Of a stretch of 12,108 nt of DNA, positions 1-7,100 are shown piece by piece (the stretch's first letter is position 1; each line of letters begins with the position of its first letter). Under the pieces are notes generated by a model. The model was not told the origin of the DNA and did not search any database. It saw only the letters and a program-made list of their open reading frames with translations. Made by a program: the position numbers and the translations under genes. Source of the stretch: Chthoniobacteraceae bacterium (GTDB lineage Bacteria > Verrucomicrobiota > Verrucomicrobiia > Chthoniobacterales > Chthoniobacteraceae); NCBI GenBank assembly GCA_040081625.1, contig JBEBGD010000139.1, forward strand, positions 1 to 12,108, in the 5' to 3' direction.

Positions 1-170
1 ACCAGCCCCCACCCACCGCCCAGCACCACCGCCACAAAGAGAAACGTCAGCCGCGACAGGCGCGCCCCGGCCCGGAACAGCGGCAGCACCCAAGCCAGGA
101 CCGCGAAGATCGCGACCGTGACACTTCCAAAGATTAGGAAGTCGGCTTGTTGACTGAGAAATGCTTGCAT
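1..170 (-). CDS. 5' end of a membrane protein, runs off the left edge; product unknown (possibly a sensor or transport protein)
   Basis: Manual translation from ATG at 170-168: MQAFLSQQADFLIFGSVTVAIFAVLAWVLPLFRAGARLSRLTFLFVAVVLGGGWGL. The frame is open to the edge, has two hydrophobic stretches separated by a short Arg-rich loop, and has the same orientation as the two upstream genes. Confidence 0.6.
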   Translation of the reverse strand, partial: MQAFLSQQADFLIFGSVTVAIFAVLAWVLPLFRAGARLSRLTFLFVAVVLGGGWGL

Positions 171-266
171 GAGCTGAACCACCGCGGCGCCCGCAGTGAA
201 TTTATCGCTCCCTGACAACCACTCGTCATGCCACCCGCCGCACAGATTTGCCGAATTGTCGGCCCG

Positions 267-1298
267 CTACTGCGTTACGATCCGCTTCCAGCCATTGCCA
301 CGCGCGGGGAGGAACCCGCTCTCGAGCTTCTGGAGCAGGCCCAGCGGCGGGAAATTCCCCTCGATCGCCAGCCGCGGCAGCGTCAGCAAATGCCACGCGT
401 GCTCCCGGAAGAGATTCCCCGAGCGCGTCGTCAACCCCGTCACGTAATCCGCCTCCAGCGCCGCCGCAAACTCCCTCGGCCCCGCTGCATCCCGCCCTCC
501 AAACGGATACGCGAAATGCTGCACCCGCTTGCCCAGCCGCGCCTCGATCATCGTCCGCGATTCGCTCAACTCGCGCGCCAGATCCGCCTCGCTCAGCCGC
601 GCGAGCACATGGTGGCCCACCGAGTGCGACCCCACCGTCACATGCCAGTGCCCGGCCAGTTGCCGCAGCTCCTCCCACGAGAGGATCAGCTCCCGCGTGC
701 GCGCCAGCGGATCGATCCCCGCCACCTCCCCGATTGCTTGCAGCAGCGCGTCGCGCCCCGCCCCATCCTGCGCCCGGACCAGCGACGCGATCTGCGAGAA
801 GGCGATCGTCCGATCCCCGGGCGTCGTCCACGACCACTCGAAGGCTTCCCCTCCCCACTCCAGCGCCAGACTCGCCCGCCGCGCCAGCACATCCTCCAGG
901 AAATACCACCACACGCTCGCCGTCCGGTCGAGGAAGCCCGTCGTCACATTGATCGCAAACGGATAACCAAAATCCCGGAAGATCGGCAGCGCCTCGGTCA
1001 GATTATCCCGATAGCCATCGTCGAAGGCGAAGCAGATGAACTTATTCCCCCGCGGCTGGCCCAGCCGGGCGCGCACCTCGTCCAGCCGGACCACGTCGAA
1101 GCCATTGCGGCTCACCCAGTCGAGAATCGAGCGCAGCGCCCCGGGGCGGATCTCCATCGCGCGATTCTGCGGGATCGGTGAGCGCTGATCCTCAGGCACG
1201 ATCCGGTGCAGCGTCACGATGCAGCCGATCCCGCCAAACCACGGCCGGAGCAGCCCGCCGAGCATGTCAGCCGTGCGCTCCTTCAGCCAGCGCCTCAT
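267..1298 (-). CDS. Polysaccharide deacetylase, carbohydrate esterase family 4 (NodB-like), about 343 aa
   Basis: CE4 motifs AFDDGYRDN (catalytic and metal Asp pair), LSWEELRQLA, VGSHSVGH (metal His pair), FAYPFG and LPRL, plus N-terminal LHRIV. Start placed at ATG 1298 (MRRWLKE...) because the 45 upstream codons of the track ORF look non-coding. Stop TAG at 267-269. Confidence 0.9.
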   Translation of the reverse strand: MRRWLKERTADMLGGLLRPWFGGIGCIVTLHRIVPEDQRSPIPQNRAMEIRPGALRSILDWVSRNGFDVVRLDEVRARLGQPRGNKFICFAFDDGYRDNLTEALPIFRDFGYPFAINVTTGFLDRTASVWWYFLEDVLARRASLALEWGGEAFEWSWTTPGDRTIAFSQIASLVRAQDGAGRDALLQAIGEVAGIDPLARTRELILSWEELRQLAGHWHVTVGSHSVGHHVLARLSEADLARELSESRTMIEARLGKRVQHFAYPFGGRDAAGPREFAAALEADYVTGLTTRSGNLFREHAWHLLTLPRLAIEGNFPPLGLLQKLESGFLPARGNGWKRIVTQ

Positions 1299-1300
1299 AC

Positions 1301-1364
1301 GGGCAGCGGGTTGGGTTGTGGCGGGAGGGTCGGATTCATGCAGCCGCCAGCAACCCCCAACCCG
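1301..1364. promoter_or_regulatory. Imperfect inverted repeat plus G-tract cluster just upstream of the deacetylase start
   Basis: Arm 1307-1324 (cgggttgggttgtggcgg) pairs with 1344-1364 (ccgccagcaacccccaacccg), giving 18 bp with two bulges. The + strand 1301-1329 has five GGG tracts. Confidence 0.35.
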
Positions 1365-1481
1365 TCCCCGTCGGCAAGCGCAAACGCCAGCCCTCAGTTG
1401 CAAAACCTCCAGCGGCACGATCCCGCGCGGCATTCCCAGGCCGAAGTGGCGGACGACCCATCGGTGCCAGGCCGGTCGCGT

Positions 1482-2579
1482 TCAGCGGCGGGCGGACGCC
1501 TCGATCAAGTCCACCCACCACGCGAGCGCGCCTCGGCGGTGCGCGGTGATGTCGATCAACTCCTGCTCGGGGTTCGCCGGCGCGTCGGTGCGCAGCCGCT
1601 GGATCCAGTCCGCCACAGCGCGAAAGTCGCCCGTGCTCCCGGTCGCAGCCCCTGATCGGGCGCGCAGGAGCGTGGCGATCGCTCCGTCCCTCGGCCCGAC
1701 AAAGAGCACCGGCCGCGGCAGGCCGAGGAGCAGCGCGAGCTTGCTCGGCCACAGCAGGCCGCGCGTCTCGGGGAGCTGCGTGACGACGAGGCATTGAGCC
1801 CGTAGCAGCGAAGCCGCGAGGTCCGCCTCCGGCGCATACGGGCGCCACACGACACGCCGCAACTTCAACTCCTCCGCGCGCGCCACCGCCGCCTCGCGAG
1901 CCGGTCCCCCGCCTTGAAAGACCAGCGTCGCGTCCACCCCGCGCTCCTCGAGCGCCGCCTGCGCGGCGAGCAATGTCTGCCAGTCGTGCGCGCGGCCGAG
2001 ATTCCCCGAGTAGAGCCACGTCCACGGCTCCATCGGCCGCGGTGCGACCGCCGGGATCTGCACCAGCACCGACGCCGAAACCCACGGGCGGCATTCGAGC
2101 GGATGGATGCGCGCGCTGCGAAGCACAGCCGCCATGTCCGCATCGAGCGCCACGACTGCACGCGCGCAGCGACACGCGAGCCTCGCCATGAAACGGATCG
2201 TTCCGACGAGCAGCCCGGGCTTCACCTCGCGCAGCGCGATCGCGAGATCCGGGTAGAGGTCCATGGCCCAGTGCAAGTGCGGCGCGCGATGCCGCAGCGC
2301 CACTAACGCAGCCACCACCGCGAGACACGGCGGCGATGTCCCCGACACGACGACGTCCGACTTCCGGCAAAAAATCCCGCGCCAAATAATCCGCACCAGG
2401 CCGAGCAGCTCGCGCAGCAGCCGGGCGCCCCGCCCCTGCCCTTCGCGATACACCTGCGCGGCCTCGACAAACACCGGCTCGTGCCCCCTTCCCCGGAGCG
2501 CGCCGGCGATCTCCGCAAAGAGCACGCCGGTCGGCGCCGGGTCCGGCGGGAAATACTGGTTTAGGAAAAGGATGCGCAC
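1482..2579 (-). CDS. Glycosyltransferase family 4 (GT-B fold, WbuB/WcaI-like), 365 aa
   Basis: GTG start, then MRILFLNQYFPPD..PTG, DVVVSGTSPP, WAMDLYPD, LYSGNLGRAHDW, FQGGG and WPSKL...RPVLFVG. These are the typical motifs of WbuB/WcaI-like GT4 enzymes from surface-polysaccharide loci. Stop TGA at 1482-1484. Confidence 0.9.
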   Translation of the reverse strand: MRILFLNQYFPPDPAPTGVLFAEIAGALRGRGHEPVFVEAAQVYREGQGRGARLLRELLGLVRIIWRGIFCRKSDVVVSGTSPPCLAVVAALVALRHRAPHLHWAMDLYPDLAIALREVKPGLLVGTIRFMARLACRCARAVVALDADMAAVLRSARIHPLECRPWVSASVLVQIPAVAPRPMEPWTWLYSGNLGRAHDWQTLLAAQAALEERGVDATLVFQGGGPAREAAVARAEELKLRRVVWRPYAPEADLAASLLRAQCLVVTQLPETRGLLWPSKLALLLGLPRPVLFVGPRDGAIATLLRARSGAATGSTGDFRAVADWIQRLRTDAPANPEQELIDITAHRRGALAWWVDLIEASARR

Positions 2580-2649
2580 GGAGTTGGAGTGGCGTTGAGT
2601 TGCGGCCCTTGCCTCGTGCTCAAGACCTGCCTGTCACCTTTGCACTCGC

Positions 2650-2700
2650 TGCTCGAATCATGCCCGCAGCCCCTTCATGTTGCGGGCATATGCTCTGCTT
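2650..2700. promoter_or_regulatory. Divergent promoter region: 11-bp inverted repeat overlapping two outward-facing sigma54-like GG-N10-GC motifs
   Basis: atgcccgcagc (2660-2670), 8-nt spacer, gttgcgggcat (2679-2689), 10 of 11 matching. + strand GGGCATATGCTCTGCT has GG at 2685-2686 and GC at 2697-2698. - strand GGGCATGATTCGAGCA has GG at 2664-2663 and GC at 2652-2651. Confidence 0.35.
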
Positions 2701-2812
2701 TCTCCGGATTGAAAAATGAACGTCATGTTGTTCGGCGCTCGTCACAGCGGCCAGGCGGCGCGAGCCGCGTGAAAGCTTCAGCGACGCACCGACCGCGGCG
2801 CAATCCCAAACC

Positions 2813-4120
2813 GTGATCGATCAGCCCATCGAGATCGAAGACCGCTACCCGCTCACCCCGCTCCAGCAGGGGATGCTCTACCACGCGCTCTCGGCGCCTG
2901 GCACCGGTGTGGACATCGAGCAGATGGTCTGCACCCTGCGCGAGCCCGTGGATGCCGGGCGCCTGCGTGCCGCGTGGGAGCAAGTGATCGCGCGTCATGC
3001 GATTCTGCGCACCGCCTTCCGGTGGGATGATAGGCCGATGCAGGAAGTAGCCGCGCGCGTGGAACTGCCGTGGACGTGCAGCGACGCCACGCCGCAAAGC
3101 GAAGCTCACCTCACCGCTTACCTCCGCGAAGACCGCGCCGCCGGCTTCGACATGAGCCGTCCGCCGCTGATGCGTCTGCGCTTGTTCCGATTCGGCGCGG
3201 AGGATTTCCGCCTCGTGTGGACATTCCACCACGCGCTGCTCGACGGCCGCTCCTTCCCCATCGTCCTCCGCGAAGTCTTCGGCGTCTACGACGACACCGC
3301 TGAGCTGCCGGCTCCGCGTCCGTATCGCGCCTTCATCGACTGGCTCGCGGCCCGCGACCCGCGCGCCTCCGAGCCGTTCTGGCGAACGCACCTCGCCGGC
3401 TTCACCGCGCCGACACCGATCCCCGTCGAAGGCATCGGAGAGCTCGCTCCCGAGCCGACCCAAGGCGACGCCGACACGCGGCTCTCCGCCGACAGCACCG
3501 CATGTCTGCGCGAGCTCGCCCGCGAGCACGACCTAACCTTGAATACCATCGTGCAAGGCGCGTGGGCGCTGCTGCTCGCCCGATACAGCGGCGAAGAGGA
3601 TGTCGCCTTCGGCGCGACGCGCGCCTGCCGACGCGGCTCCGTCGATGGTTCAGATGAGATGGTCGGCCTTTTCATCAACACGCTGCCCGTCCGCGCACGC
3701 ATCGTCGGCGACGCGGAAGTGCTGCCGTGGCTCGCCGGCCTGCGCGAGCAGTGGATCGCGATGCGCCCGCACGAGCACACGCCGCTCGCGTCGGTGCAGG
3801 CGAGGAGCAGCGTGCCCGGCGGAAAGCCGCTCTTCGACACCATCGTCGTCTTCGAAAATTACGACCTCGACTCCGCGCTTCGCGCGCAAGGCGGCGCGTG
3901 GTCGCATCGCCACTTCCGGCTGCACGAGCAGACCAACTTCGCGCTCACCCTCGCCGCCTACGCCGGCGAGCAACTGCGCCTGCGCATCGAGTTCGACCGC
4001 CATCGCTTTGCCGACGCTACGATCACGCGCCTTCTCGGTCATCTCACGACGCTCCTCGAATCGATCGCCGCCAATCCACGACAACGCCTCGGCGATCTGC
4101 CGATCCTCACCGCCGACGAA
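2813..4120 (+). other. N-terminal condensation domain C1, DCL-like (boundaries approximate)
   Basis: IEDRYPLTPLQQGMLYH start, LVWTFHHALLDG active site (HH..DG at 3227-3247), GLFINTLPVR and LFDTIVVFENY, all DCL-type signatures. Confidence 0.75.
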
Positions 4121-7100
4121 CAGCGCCAGCTCATCCGCGAATGGAATCCACGCGCGACCGTGGACGCGCCGGAGAAGACGCTCCACCAGCTCTTCGCCGG
4201 ACAAGCCGCTCGCACGCCGGACGCCGTCGCCGTCTGCTGCGACGACGCCCGACTGACCTACGCCGAACTCGACCGCCGCGCGGCGCAGCTCGCGCATCAC
4301 CTGCGCGCGCTCGGCGTCGGGCCGGAAGTCATCGTCGGACTTTGTGTCGAGCGTTCGCTCGACCTCGTCGTCGGCGTCCTCGGCATTCTCAAAGCCGGCG
4401 GCGCCTACCTTCCCATCGACCTCGCGTATCCTCCCGGGCGGCTCGCCTTCATGCTCGACGACGCACAGGCGCCTGTCGTCGTCACGCAGAAGCCGCTCGT
4501 CGCCCGTCTCCCGCAACACGGCGCGACGATCGTGTGCATCGACGACTTCACTCCCACCGGCGAATTGCACGACGACGCCAGGCCCGACACGCTCGCCTAC
4601 GTCATCTACACGAGCGGCTCGACCGGCCAGCCGAAAGGCTGCTGCATCACCCATCGCAACGTCGTCCGGCTGATGGCCGCGACGCAGCCGTGGTTCCGTT
4701 TCGATGCGCGCGACGTGTGGACGATGTTCCATTCCGTCGCGTTCGACTTCTCGGTCTGGGAAATCTGGGGCGCGCTGCTCTACGGCGGCCGCCTCATCGT
4801 CGTCCCGCACGCGATCAGCCGCTCGCCCGAGGCCTTCCACGAACTGCTCTCCCGCGAGCAAGTGACCGTCCTAAACCAAACACCATCCGCCTTCCGCCAA
4901 CTCATCGCTGCCGACAAAGCACCGCGCGACCTCGCCCTCCGCCTCGTCATCTTCGGCGGCGAAGCTCTCGAAATGCAAAGCCTGCGCCCGTGGTTCGATC
5001 GCCACGGCGACGAGCAGCCGCAGCTCGTGAACATGTATGGAATCACGGAGACGACCGTCCATGTGACCTATCGCCCGCTGCGCGCGGCTGACGTGCAGCG
5101 CGGCAGCGTCATCGGCGTGCCGATTCCTGATCTCGAGGTCTTCATCCTCGACGCCGCGCTGCGTCCCGTGCCGATCGGCGTGCCCGGCGAAATGTTCGTC
5201 GGCGGCGCCGGTCTCGCGCGCGGCTACCTGCGGCGCGATGAATTGACTGCGCAACGATTCATCCCGCACCCGTGGCGCGAAGGCGAACGGCTCTACCGCA
5301 CCGGCGACCTCGCGCGGTGGCTGCCCGCGCGCGACATCGAGTATCTCGGACGCATCGATCAGCAGGTGAAGATCCGCGGCTTCCGCATCGAGCTCGGTGA
5401 GATCGAGAGCGCACTCGTCCAGCATCCGGGCGTGCGCGAAGCAGTCGTCGTGGCGCGGGAGCAACGACTCATCGGCTACCTCGTCGCAAGCAACGGCACG
5501 CCACCGCCCGCGCACGAACTGCGCGCGCACCTCAAGACGAAGCTTCCCGACTACATGGTCCCCGCGGCCTTCGTCGTCATCGACCGCGTGCCACTGACGA
5601 ACAACGGCAAGACCGACCTGCGCGCGCTTCCCAATCCCGAGCCCGAGCGCCCCGAGACTGGCGTGCGGTTCGTCGATCCTCGCAACCCGGCCGAGGAAGC
5701 TCTCGCCGCGATCTGGCGGCGCGTGCTCCGCATCGAGCGCGTCGGTGTTCACGACAATTTCTTCGACCTCGGCGGCGACTCCATCCTCAGCATCCTCGTC
5801 GTCGCGCAGGCACGCCAGGCTGGCCTCACACTCTCGCCGAAGCTACTCTTCGACCGCCCGACCATCAGCGAACTCGCCGCCGCCACGCCGTCCGCGCCGG
5901 CGCCGATCGACGACGAGGATGTCGAAGGCGACATCCCGCTGACGCCGATCCAGCGCTGGTTTTTCGAGCACGAGTTCGACGACCAGAACCACTGGAACCA
6001 GGCCCTCACCTTCAATCTCGCGACGCCAATCCCGCACGAGGAACTCGATCGCGCCGTGCAGTCCGTCGCGCGGCGACACGCCGCATTCCATCTGCGTTTC
6101 ACCCGCCACGGGGACGGCTGGCACCAGCACCTCGCTGCGAGTCCCGGCGTCGAGTGCGAGACACTCGCACATGCCGACGAGGCCGCCGCGCACGCTGCGC
6201 TCGACATCACAACAGGCCCCCTGCTCCGCGTCGTGCAATCGCTGGAGCCCTCGCCGCGCGTGCTCATCGTCGCGCACCATCTCGTCATGGACGGCGTCTC
6301 GTGGCGCGTCCTGATGGAAGATCTCGACGCCGCGCTCGCCGGACGCCCGCTCGCCGCGCCGACGACTTCCTTCGCGCGGTGGGCGCAGCTTCTCGCGCAA
6401 GCGGCGGATGCTCCCGCGCTGCGCGACGAACTACCGCACTGGCACGAACTCGCCACCAGTCCCGCGCCACCTCTTCCGCTCGATTTCGCCGACGGTGAAA
6501 ACACCGAAGCATCCGCGCGCACGATCGCCGTCGCGCTCTCCGCCGCGGAGACAGCGCTATTTCTCCAGCGGCGCGCAAACGATGTCCTGCTCGCCGCACT
6601 CGCGCGGGCACTCGGCCGCGACTCGCTCGTCGTCGATGTCGAGGGCCACGGTCGCGAAGAAGCGCTCGTCGCCGAACTCGCGGGCGCCCACACCGATCTC
6701 TCGCATACGATCGGTTGGTTCACATCGCTCTACCCGGCGCGCACCGGCGAACCCGCGCCGCACCGCGGCCTCGGCTACGGCTTGCTCCGGCATCAAGCCG
6801 GCCTCGCGCCCCGCTCGCGTGCGCAGGTTCTTTTCAATTACCTCGGGCAGTTCGACGCGCTCCTCGGAGCCGACTCGTGCTTCGCTCTCGACGGCCTTTC
6901 CACCGGCGGCTGGCACAGCCCGCGCGCACACCGCACGCACGTCATCGAGATCAACTGCGTCGTCATCGGCGGCCAACTCGAAGCGCGCTGGACCTACAGC
7001 GAGAACCTGCATCGCGCCGGGACGATCGCGCAGTTCGCGGAGAACTTCCTCGCGGCGGTGGTGAAGCAACTCGCGCCGGCGGACTCTCTCCCACTGTCGC

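Noticed and set aside
217..233. Minus-strand TGGCATGACGAGTGGTT as a sigma54 promoter for the left-edge gene
   Set aside because: Good -24 box, but the -12 position is GG rather than GC; too weak to call.
1299..1433. N-terminal 45-aa extension of the deacetylase in the ORF track
   Set aside because: Composition looks non-coding and it overlaps the hairpin and G-tract region. ATG 1298 gives a more typical N-terminus, though the start is not proven (ATG 1265 is also possible).
1700..1790. GT4 lacks the Glu of the usual PSKLxEY donor-binding motif (has PSKLALLL)
   Set aside because: As far as I recall this Glu is variable among WcaI-like GT4s, so it is not enough to claim inactivation or novelty.
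196..2598. Numerous plus-strand and alternative-frame ORFs (e.g. 228-1181 +, 1336-2385 -) overlapping the deacetylase and GT
   Set aside because: Arg/Pro/Ala-rich low-information translations overlapping genes with clear family motifs.
2660..2703. Inverted repeat read as an intrinsic terminator
   Set aside because: It lies between divergent gene starts, no gene ends there, and no U-tract directly follows the stem.
2716..2772. 18-codon upstream ORF MNVMLFGARHSGQAARAA ahead of the NRPS
   Set aside because: No ribosome-binding signal, no Thr or other regulatory codon run and no attenuator structure seen; likely chance.
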